Shown here piece by piece: positions 7,963 to 14,287 of a stretch of 17,548 bases of DNA. Position numbers and translations under genes: made by a program. Numbering within the stretch: the stretch's first letter is position 1; each line of letters starts with the position of its first letter. The DNA lies in assembly GCA_025289735.1 (NCBI GenBank), contig GCA_025289735.1_4764.3, one strand, 5' to 3'. The notes under the pieces were generated by a model, which was not told the origin of the DNA, did not search any database, and worked only from the letters and a program-made list of their open reading frames with translations. The stretch comes from a phage.

Positions 7963-8331
7963 TCACTTAACAAAGATTTTCTTTAATGCTTTCAGGATCG
8001 TTGCTTCCGGCGCTTCTTCCGGTGGAGGAAGCAATTCTACCACTTCCTCTTCCAACTCGATATAGTCTACCAGATATTCTACATAGAATGCAAGTGCTTC
8101 CATGAAATTAGATGCTACATCCGATTCACCACACGCGCCTACATGCATTGTATAAACATCACTGCGATCAAGTTTGTGGATACTGCCTAGATAGTTTCGG
8201 TTATACCAGACTTCCCACACTTTCAGCTTTCCGGTTTTGGTTGCTGTTTTATAATCGGTTTCGTAGTGGTGCAATTGACGTTGCAGATCATTGATAATAA
8301 CACATTTTTCGTAATTGTTTTGAATTTCCAT
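7963..8331 (-). CDS. Hypothetical early protein (122 aa), acidic Pro-rich C-terminus
   Basis: ATG with GAGGAT upstream. C-terminus ELEEEVVELLPPPEEAPEA. Confidence 0.55.
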   Translation of the reverse strand: MEIQNNYEKCVIINDLQRQLHHYETDYKTATKTGKLKVWEVWYNRNYLGSIHKLDRSDVYTMHVGACGESDVASNFMEALAFYVEYLVDYIELEEEVVELLPPPEEAPEATILKALKKIFVK

Positions 8332-8341
8332 GATGTAATCC

Positions 8342-8533
8342 TCACTTATCGTTAAGAAGATCTAAAACTTTCTGTCGTACTTTGTCAATATTAGTTGATT
8401 CAAAAACTGTACGGTATCCCCAGCTTTGACCGTATGAGCGGTTGCAATCTCCATATCCCCATTGTTCAACCTGATAGTATTCAAGGAATGGATGCTGCCG
8501 AACTATGATACCATCGCGGTTAAAAATTACCAT
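8342..8533 (-). CDS. Hypothetical early protein (63 aa)
   Basis: ATG with GAGGA 7 nt upstream. Trp/Tyr/Gly-rich small protein. Confidence 0.45.
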   Translation of the reverse strand: MVIFNRDGIIVRQHPFLEYYQVEQWGYGDCNRSYGQSWGYRTVFESTNIDKVRQKVLDLLNDK

Positions 8534-8556
8534 AATATAATCCTCACGTCAACAAC

Positions 8557-8838
8557 TTATTTTCGGTTATACTTCTGCCACTTTCGGTAATACTGCTTGT
8601 AATATTGTTTAATGTTTGGTGGTTCGTCACTATACATGTTATCAACCATCATGTCAATAAGACCTTCCGGTGTTTGATAGTTACCCGCTCGAATGAGTTC
8701 CTTAATCAAAAGATCTTGCGTCGCTTTATACTTGACAATAACAACTGTCTTTTCTGCCTTTCCAATTCCGATCCGGTCGTTAGCTCTCATAGCATCCCAC
8801 CAATCTTTTTTAAACTTCATGTTGTTAAATTTCATCAT
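8557..8838 (-). CDS. Hypothetical early protein (93 aa), basic Tyr/Lys-rich C-terminus
   Basis: Two consecutive ATG codons with AAGAAGGG upstream, overlapping the stop of the 266-aa gene. Confidence 0.5.
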   Translation of the reverse strand: MMKFNNMKFKKDWWDAMRANDRIGIGKAEKTVVIVKYKATQDLLIKELIRAGNYQTPEGLIDMMVDNMYSDEPPNIKQYYKQYYRKWQKYNRK

Positions 8839-9639
8839 TTAACCCTTCTTATATTCGCAAACATATTGAGTACCATAATCATAGCTAATGCGACCTTTCT
8901 CGATGACTTCAAAGCGGATTTCATCGTTTTCCCCTACCCACATTTTGTACTCGTTGAAGTATCCTGCTACATCCGGTTTGCTCATACCAACAACCATATT
9001 TTTATATTGTTTGCTGCGTGTCAGATTTGATTTAAACACTTCGCGCTCATCAACATATACGAAAGAAGACAATTCACCTTCGGTCATGGTCATTTTCAGC
9101 TTGCCGCCCTTGTTGCCATAAGTAGAGTTGCCATACAATGGATCTTTGCGGCTGTCTGTTTCAATACCATCAATGATTTTCCATGTAAATTTTGCAATGC
9201 ACTGGTAAGTGATAGATCCAGAGATTTTCTCTTCTTTCTTCTGTTCTTCCACCACTTTTTCTTCCTGTTTCGGTTGTTCTTCTTCAACCTTCACAGAAGT
9301 CTCTGAATCGCTTTCTGACGCGGTTTCTTCTTTAGGTAATACATTCATCAAGTTTTGGATTTGAGCGTGATATACAGCCTCCAGTGGCTGAATTTTCCCG
9401 ATATTGATCATTGTATCACGAACAGTTTTATTCCAGTTGCGTTGCTCTTGTTTCAGAGACGGATCAATCTTAACAGCCTTAACATATACTTCATGAAGTT
9501 TAGAATCAAGTGCGGAGATAGACTCATTAGCACAAATAAACTTCTCTGATTTGGTAGTAGCTTTAGCGCAATCAAAGGACGCAGCATTAGCACCGAAAGC
9601 AGTAGCAGAAAGAACGATAGCAGCGATAATGTTTTTCAT
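8839..9639 (-). CDS. Secreted protein with N-terminal LprI/DUF1311-like domain, charged linker and C-terminal beta-rich domain (266 aa)
   Basis: ATG with GAGGAA 8 nt upstream, directly downstream of promoter cassette P3. Signal peptide MKNIIAAIVLSATAFGANA|AS. Then FDCAKATTKSEKFICANESISALDSKLHEVY...QEQRNWNKTVRD, fitting the DUF1311 pattern as I recall it (C..A.T..E..IC...LD..L..Y...Q..W...RD). E/K-rich linker. C-terminal domain with two Cys and an SGSITY motif. Confidence 0.7.
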   Translation of the reverse strand: MKNIIAAIVLSATAFGANAASFDCAKATTKSEKFICANESISALDSKLHEVYVKAVKIDPSLKQEQRNWNKTVRDTMINIGKIQPLEAVYHAQIQNLMNVLPKEETASESDSETSVKVEEEQPKQEEKVVEEQKKEEKISGSITYQCIAKFTWKIIDGIETDSRKDPLYGNSTYGNKGGKLKMTMTEGELSSFVYVDEREVFKSNLTRSKQYKNMVVGMSKPDVAGYFNEYKMWVGENDEIRFEVIEKGRISYDYGTQYVCEYKKG

Positions 9640-9673
9640 AATATATTCCTCAGTGTTTTGTCTTGATGGTAGT

Positions 9674-9702
9674 ATGTTACTACTCCCTTAATCCGGTGTC
9701 AA
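9674..9702 (-). promoter_or_regulatory. Sigma70-like early promoter P3 (-35 TTGACA, 17-nt spacer, -10 TAACAT)
   Basis: Minus-strand sequence aaaaagtagTTGACA-N17-TAACAT, about 35 nt upstream of the ATG at 9639. A-rich upstream element. Shares a conserved leader with the other cassettes. Confidence 0.6.
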
Positions 9703-9709
9703 CTACTTT

Positions 9710-9865
9710 TTAAATTTCTTCTACAGTAAAGTCTTCAATGTTGTTGTGCTCGGAGAACGTTGCCAGACCAGCATTCCATGCATCATCCTCAGAGAAGAAT
9801 ACACCGTAACGTTCATATCCCTTAGCGCCTTCAAATTTAACCATTAATTTGTGAGTATGTTTCAT
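9710..9865 (-). CDS. Hypothetical early protein (51 aa), acidic
   Basis: ATG at 9863..9865 with AAGGAG 7 nt upstream, downstream of P4. The track ORF start at 9898 lies inside the promoter. Confidence 0.5.
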   Translation of the reverse strand: MKHTHKLMVKFEGAKGYERYGVFFSEDDAWNAGLATFSEHNNIEDFTVEEI

Positions 9866-9896
9866 TTTGATTCTCCTTAGTTGTCTTGATGAGTTC

Positions 9897-9925
9897 ATTA
9901 TAGGGGATCACCGATCCCCTGTCAA
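9897..9925 (-). promoter_or_regulatory. Sigma70-like early promoter P4 (-35 TTGACA, palindromic 17-nt spacer, -10 TATAAT)
   Basis: Minus-strand GTTGACA-GGGGATCGGTGATCCCC-TATAAT. The spacer is a perfect inverted repeat containing two GATC sites. Confidence 0.6.
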
Positions 9926-9933
9926 CAACTATT

Positions 9934-10146
9934 TTAATGTTTACCCACGCGTAAATTAATGCGCATTTTCTGCATAGCCATGATCTGGTTTACTGCTTCT
10001 TCTTTACGTTCTTGCGTGATAACGTGACCAGATTCCGCAAACTCTCCCGCAACTTCTTCTACAATCTCGCGAACTTGAGAACGTCCAAAGATGCGGTTTC
10101 CTTCGTAGCTCATAAATTCAGTCACTACTTGCTCAATAGATTTCAT
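9934..10146 (-). CDS. Hypothetical early protein (70 aa)
   Basis: ATG with AAGGAG 7 nt upstream, downstream of P1. Confidence 0.55.
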   Translation of the reverse strand: MKSIEQVVTEFMSYEGNRIFGRSQVREIVEEVAGEFAESGHVITQERKEEAVNQIMAMQKMRINLRVGKH

Positions 10147-10178
10147 GTGATTCTCCTTCTTTCGTTTGGTATGGGAGT

Positions 10179-10207
10179 ATATTACTACTCCCGTTTCTTT
10201 ACGTCAA
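10179..10207 (-). promoter_or_regulatory. Sigma70-like early promoter P1 (-35 TTGACG, 17-nt spacer, -10 TAATAT)
   Basis: Minus-strand ctaaaaaccaGTTGACG-N17-TAATAT followed by the conserved leader ATACTCCCATACCAAAC and the RBS. Confidence 0.6.
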
Positions 10208-10214
10208 CTGGTTT

Positions 10215-10457
10215 TTAGAAATTTTTCGCTTCTTCTTCGGTAATCATAACCGCGCATTCGTGCATAACTTTGAAAACCGGATCAATCATGTCGAATGCTT
10301 CGCGGGACAGTTTACGAGAAGCGATTTTGATTGCTTCAACGTCTTCGACTACAGGAACAAAAACAGTTTTCAGTTCATCGAGAACGGCAGCTTCTTTTTC
10401 ATTCAGGAAGATCCCAGCGTCGTACAGTGCAACTTCGATAACATTAACTTTAACCAT
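10215..10457 (-). CDS. Hypothetical early protein (80 aa), acidic
   Basis: ATG at 10455..10457 with GGAGGAAA upstream, downstream of P2. The track N-terminal extension is a translation of the promoter. Confidence 0.55.
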   Translation of the reverse strand: MVKVNVIEVALYDAGIFLNEKEAAVLDELKTVFVPVVEDVEAIKIASRKLSREAFDMIDPVFKVMHECAVMITEEEAKNF

Positions 10458-10491
10458 TTTTATTTCCTCCAGTTCGTTTCGGTATGGGAGT

Positions 10492-10520
10492 ATAATACTA
10501 CCGATGACCTTTGGCGTCAA
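10492..10520 (-). promoter_or_regulatory. Sigma70-like early promoter P2 (-35 TTGACG, 17-nt spacer, -10 TATTAT)
   Basis: Minus-strand acaaaaaactaGTTGACG-N17-TATTAT followed by the conserved leader ATACTCCCATACCGAAAC. Overlaps the 3' end of the upstream gene. Confidence 0.6.
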
Positions 10521-10722
10521 CTAGTTTTTTGTTATTTTCGTGAAAATTTTTCGTCGCCTCATGTGCTTTTCGCTGGGCTTCTTGTTGTGCTTGCTGGCGT
10601 GCTGCCTCTTGCGATGCCATAACAGACGCATTTGCAGCAGTTACAGCCGCGACCATCGCTGCGGTATTAGCATTTACCGTACATGCACTAGCCAGCAAAG
10701 CAATTGCAATCATTTTCTTCAT
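10498..10722 (-). CDS. Small secreted protein or lipoprotein (74 aa) with Gln/Ala-rich helical mature region
   Basis: ATG with AAGGGG 6 nt upstream, overlapping the upstream stop (ATGA). N-terminus MKKMIAIALLASAC has a lipobox-like LASAC; an alternative signal peptidase I site lies at VNA|NT. Mature part QEAARQQAQQEAQRKAHEATK. Confidence 0.6.
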   Translation of the reverse strand: MKKMIAIALLASACTVNANTAAMVAAVTAANASVMASQEAARQQAQQEAQRKAHEATKNFHENNKKLVDAKGHR

Positions 10723-10889
10723 AGTTTCCCCTTTATGTTATCTTCGACCTTCATCCATTCCGCGTATTCTTGTGCGGCTACTTTCGGATTTAAGCCGTCT
10801 TCGTACATTGCATCAAGTAATTCTTTGTCGGTGGGCTTATACCCTAGATAAGCCTCCACCTGATTTTTCCAAATTTTATACCAGTTCAT
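10719..10889 (-). CDS. Hypothetical early protein (56 aa)
   Basis: Internal ATG (MNWYKIWKNQ...) with GGTGAT 4 nt upstream. The longer track ORF would overlap the upstream gene by 65 nt. Confidence 0.45.
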   Translation of the reverse strand: MNWYKIWKNQVEAYLGYKPTDKELLDAMYEDGLNPKVAAQEYAEWMKVEDNIKGKL

Positions 10890-10893
10890 ATTA

Positions 10894-11166
10894 TCACCAG
10901 TCAAGAGCGCGTGTCTCTGCGTCTTCCCATGCTTGGTCCATAACAGCCTTGAAAACATATTCTAAAGTATCATCTTTAGAGAATCCGAAGATTTTAGACG
11001 GAATATCTTCAATTGCTACTCCCGCAACTTCTGCATTACGCGCTTGGCAGTAATGCAACTCTAAGTTATCGAGATAGCGACCGCCTAATTTCTCCATATC
11101 ATCCCAGCATTTCCAGTAACCTACTTTATTTGCAATTGCTAACACTTTGCTGTTTTCGTTGCTCAT
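10894..11166 (-). CDS. Hypothetical early protein (90 aa)
   Basis: ATG at 11164..11166 with AAGGAGA 7 nt upstream, first gene downstream of P5. Confidence 0.55.
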   Translation of the reverse strand: MSNENSKVLAIANKVGYWKCWDDMEKLGGRYLDNLELHYCQARNAEVAGVAIEDIPSKIFGFSKDDTLEYVFKAVMDQAWEDAETRALDW

Positions 11167-11197
11167 CTTTGATTCTCCTTTTGTTTGGTATGTGTGT

Positions 11198-11226
11198 ATT
11201 ATGCGAGGCTGGATTCGTGAAGTCAA
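11198..11226 (-). promoter_or_regulatory. Sigma70-like early promoter P5 (-35 TTGACT, 17-nt spacer, -10 CATAAT)
   Basis: Minus-strand attttaaaaagttGTTGACT-N17-CATAAT followed by leader ATACACACATACCAAAC and the RBS. Lies immediately downstream of the terminator at 11236..11267. Confidence 0.6.
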
Positions 11227-11235
11227 CAACTTTTT

Positions 11236-11267
11236 AAAATAAAAAAGCCGACCACAAGGATCGGCTT
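11236..11267 (-). terminator. Rho-independent terminator (minus strand) after the 131-aa gene
   Basis: Minus-strand hairpin AGCCGA ... TCGGCT (6 bp, 9-nt loop) followed by TTTTTTATTTT. Confidence 0.6.
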
Positions 11268-11276
11268 AATAATCAG

Positions 11277-11672
11277 TTACTTACTAAATTTCTTTTTGGC
11301 TTCGTCTACTGCATGAGATGCCAGTACCGCCGCCGCATGTGCACTTTTATCTGTGTTGCAGAGAACACCCAGATAAACATCACGCCAAAGTTTAATCATC
11401 TCGTAGATCATATCAATATCATTTTCTTGTTTGTTGGCGATGCTATTCGTCGTTATCTGGTAAGGTAACGGCTTAATCTGTACTGGTTCCGCCATCGGGC
11501 TAATAGGTTTCGGATCAGTCATAATAGGTGCTGTTGTGGGTGATGTTTTCCATACGTCATTATTCCACGGTTTAATCGTTGTATCGTAAAGTTTATAAGG
11601 ATTTTTGTCTGGGTCAACCATCCATGCATGATGAGTACCCAAACCATTTGAAGTGATGCGTCGTTCAGTCAT
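11277..11672 (-). CDS. Hypothetical early protein (131 aa)
   Basis: ATG with GGAGGGAAAGT upstream. Start overlaps the 3' end of the upstream gene by 8 nt. Confidence 0.55.
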   Translation of the reverse strand: MTERRITSNGLGTHHAWMVDPDKNPYKLYDTTIKPWNNDVWKTSPTTAPIMTDPKPISPMAEPVQIKPLPYQITTNSIANKQENDIDMIYEMIKLWRDVYLGVLCNTDKSAHAAAVLASHAVDEAKKKFSK

Positions 11673-11868
11673 ACTTTCCCTCCAAAAATTCTTTCATCAA
11701 ATAATCTATCGTTGCTCTGTGTTCTGGTGTGTTTGTTATCTCTGCTAACTTGTTCAGAGATTCAATAGTGATTCGGTTGGCTTCTTCCATAGTCTCAACG
11801 ACCATCGGTACAATCTTTTTATTGTTGTACACGAAAGCCACATAACCGCCTTCTGGATATTCTTTCAT
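11665..11868 (-). CDS. Hypothetical early protein (67 aa)
   Basis: ATG at 11866..11868 with AAGAAGGG upstream. The track start at 11874 is a TTG. Immediately downstream of gene 52. Confidence 0.5.
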   Translation of the reverse strand: MKEYPEGGYVAFVYNNKKIVPMVVETMEEANRITIESLNKLAEITNTPEHRATIDYLMKEFLEGKYD

Positions 11869-11870
11869 AA

Positions 11871-13235
11871 TCAACCCTTCTTAAGTTCTTTAAGATCTTT
11901 CTTATATTCCTTCATTGCGGTCGTCTTTGTCCAATACTCATATTCACTATGATGTTTATCGGCATCTTTGACCAGTCGATCATACTCTTCTTGGGTAACG
12001 CTGTACAATGGCATAGAAACTAGCTTATCGGCGTATGGACGCAGTTTTTCATGTCCATTGATGGATTGCATTACCTCGGCCTTTTTCTTGCCCTGTAGCT
12101 CGATTTCGCCCTTAATTACGCGGTCGATAAATTCGGCTTTAGCCATTGCATAATTGTATGCTTCCAGCGTTTCCGCTTGCATCAATTCAATGCGTTTATC
12201 GACATAGCCTAATCGGATTTCGACGAATCGACGGATCAGATCGCTCGCTTTCTCGAATACTTCTACTAAACCACGTTCATTAACTACTACGATATTCTGG
12301 GCTACTAACTGTGTTAGTTTAAAATCCTTCATGATTTGCTCATGTCGAGCGGATTCATCTTCGCTTTTGAAATAATCACGTTTCAGTGTTACTTCAAATC
12401 TGAATCCGTCCTTAGAGCAACGGTCATTATACGATACAATCAGATCTTTTTCTTCCAGTGCATCCAGTACCGCTACATATTCTTCACGGTCGAACTTATA
12501 AGGAACTTCTGATATTGTCAGTTTAGTCTTGCCGTTTAGTTCATATGTACCCTCAAGAATTACACCATCGCGATCATCTCGCGGGATAACTTTACCCGTG
12601 AATTTCGGGAATTGAACACTAGGTTCTTTATCCAGTTTTCCGGCAAGTGCTAGCTCTGTGCATTCAATGAGGCTTTCCAGTGAATGCGGTAAAATGTCAG
12701 TTTTATACCCTGTAGCAATACCACTAATACCATTAGCCAATACCATTGGCACAACTGGCAAGTAGAACGCTGGCGGGATGTGTTCCAGATCTTCGTGCTT
12801 CGGTGCGCAATTCATATCTTTATAGATTTTAAAGAAGTTTTCATGCACACGAGCAAAGATATAACGTGCCGCACCTGCTTTCTGGACTAAACGCGATCCG
12901 AAGTTACCTTGACCGTCAAGCAGTGGAGTATTATTGCTCCATGTATTCGCCATGAGTGATCCGGCTTCTACGGCATTAGTTTCCCCGTGGTGATAACCCA
13001 ACTCAGCAACACCAGATCCAATATCTGCCATCTTACGGAATTTCTTACGGTCGCCTTTACTCTTTTGCAAAGCACATTCCATAACAAAGCGTTGCACTGG
13101 TTTAAGCCCATCCACTAATTGAGGAATCCCGCGTTCCTCGGCAGAATAGATCGCATATTCCTTAGCTTCATTATGTACAATGCTTTCAAGGCTGCGGTAA
13201 GTAAATGTGTTTACAATTTGACTAATTTTATCCAT
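11871..13235 (-). CDS. 52: DNA topoisomerase II medium subunit, gp52-like (GyrA-like breakage-reunion domain)
   Basis: ATG at 13233..13235 with GAGGTGA upstream; the track start is a GTG. HNEAKEYAIYSAEERGIPQLVDGLKPVQRFV, GYHHGE, LLDGQGNFGS, ARYIFAR and HIPPAFYLP match recalled T4 gp52 / GyrA N-terminal motifs. Confidence 0.9.
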   Translation of the reverse strand: MDKISQIVNTFTYRSLESIVHNEAKEYAIYSAEERGIPQLVDGLKPVQRFVMECALQKSKGDRKKFRKMADIGSGVAELGYHHGETNAVEAGSLMANTWSNNTPLLDGQGNFGSRLVQKAGAARYIFARVHENFFKIYKDMNCAPKHEDLEHIPPAFYLPVVPMVLANGISGIATGYKTDILPHSLESLIECTELALAGKLDKEPSVQFPKFTGKVIPRDDRDGVILEGTYELNGKTKLTISEVPYKFDREEYVAVLDALEEKDLIVSYNDRCSKDGFRFEVTLKRDYFKSEDESARHEQIMKDFKLTQLVAQNIVVVNERGLVEVFEKASDLIRRFVEIRLGYVDKRIELMQAETLEAYNYAMAKAEFIDRVIKGEIELQGKKKAEVMQSINGHEKLRPYADKLVSMPLYSVTQEEYDRLVKDADKHHSEYEYWTKTTAMKEYKKDLKELKKG

Positions 13236-13242
13236 CTTCACC

Positions 13243-13605
13243 TCATACACGCTTACAAATCACATTCTTTACTTTATCAGATTTATCAGCCCAATCCAAT
13301 AGCCATTTTAACGGAAGGATTGACACAATAAACGGGGCAGCAATCAAAGCAAACATGATACACCTGATAATCAGGAAAACGCAAGTGACAAAACTAGCGA
13401 TAGTGATCCCGACAAAACAAAATACCATAGAAAACAGAGTAATGATATAGAAAGGCCAGAATACCCACTCCCGCATCTTAACGCCTTTGTATTCTCTGAA
13501 TTGCTTAAAATCAACAAACAACTCTCGGATAGACGAGTACAGGACCGAAAAATCATCTTTCATTGCTCTGAATGAGCAATCTTCTATTTTAGAATGACCT
13601 AGCAT
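13243..13605 (-). CDS. Small membrane protein (120 aa, two predicted TM helices)
   Basis: ATG with AAGGCGG upstream. Hydrophobic segments WVFWPFYIITLFSMVFCFVGITIASFV and CVFLIIRCIMFALIAAPFIVSILPL. Confidence 0.55.
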   Translation of the reverse strand: MLGHSKIEDCSFRAMKDDFSVLYSSIRELFVDFKQFREYKGVKMREWVFWPFYIITLFSMVFCFVGITIASFVTCVFLIIRCIMFALIAAPFIVSILPLKWLLDWADKSDKVKNVICKRV

Positions 13606-13607
13606 TA

Positions 13608-13901
13608 TTAACCGCCTTTAACCATTGATACAGGAATTGTTTTCTGATTTGTGTATAATTGGCCTACTTCAATTTTTTCTTGAATCACCACGACGTTACA
13701 ATATCCACTGTCTTTAAGTTTTCTGATAATGACTCGCTTTTGTTCGTCGGTGATAGGATTGACTGTTCTCACCAATTCACCGCAAATAATAGCACCATCT
13801 TTACAATTACCAGTAACTTTCATGCTACGACCGTGAACAACAACCACGTCACCGTAAATCACATTTTCGTCGTCGTATTTGGTAATAACCGTGACCGTCA
13901 T
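13608..13901 (-). CDS. Hypothetical early protein (97 aa)
   Basis: ATG with GAGGGA 7 nt upstream. Val-rich, probably beta-rich. No family recognised. Confidence 0.5.
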   Translation of the reverse strand: MTVTVITKYDDENVIYGDVVVVHGRSMKVTGNCKDGAIICGELVRTVNPITDEQKRVIIRKLKDSGYCNVVVIQEKIEVGQLYTNQKTIPVSMVKGG

Positions 13902-13920
13902 AATGTATTCCCTCTAAGAA

Positions 13921-13939
13921 AGGCCGCGCAAAGCGGCCT
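13921..13939 (-). terminator. Intergenic hairpin, possible weak terminator or RNA stabiliser (minus strand)
   Basis: AGGCCGC-gcaaa-GCGGCCT stem-loop between two minus-strand genes. On the minus strand it is followed by TTCTT and then the RBS of the next gene. Confidence 0.35.
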
Positions 13940-13946
13940 ATGTTGA

Positions 13947-14273
13947 TTATTGTTCTACAGTATAGCCGTTGTTTTCAAGCCATGCAATAACAATCTTTTC
14001 GCCAATTTCATCGAGCATTTCATCAGCGCCATATTCTTTAATGAAAGTCGATGGATCATTATTGCTTACTACGTGCTGGATCACAACATGTTCAGGAATT
14101 GCGTCTAGCAGTTCGCTATGATCATACTCATTAACGATATCTTCAACACTAACATTATTAACCAAATCAACATCATCCATAGTCACAGTAACGCGACCGG
14201 ACGGACGCAATGAATATTGACTACTTTCAACTTCAACATGTGCACTTTCGCAAGTAACTTTCATATCAACCAT
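13947..14273 (-). CDS. Highly acidic small protein (108 aa)
   Basis: ATG with AGAGGA 8 nt upstream. About 23 Asp+Glu against about 5 Lys+Arg. Immediately downstream of rIIB. Confidence 0.55.
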   Translation of the reverse strand: MVDMKVTCESAHVEVESSQYSLRPSGRVTVTMDDVDLVNNVSVEDIVNEYDHSELLDAIPEHVVIQHVVSNNDPSTFIKEYGADEMLDEIGEKIVIAWLENNGYTVEQ

Positions 14274-14287
14274 AATTAATTCCTCTG

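Noticed and set aside
8534-8556. GTTGACG motif 14 nt upstream of the 63-aa gene start, resembling the -35 of the promoter cassettes
   Set aside because: Too close to the ATG to serve that gene and no convincing -10 follows. At most it is an internal promoter firing into the ORF.
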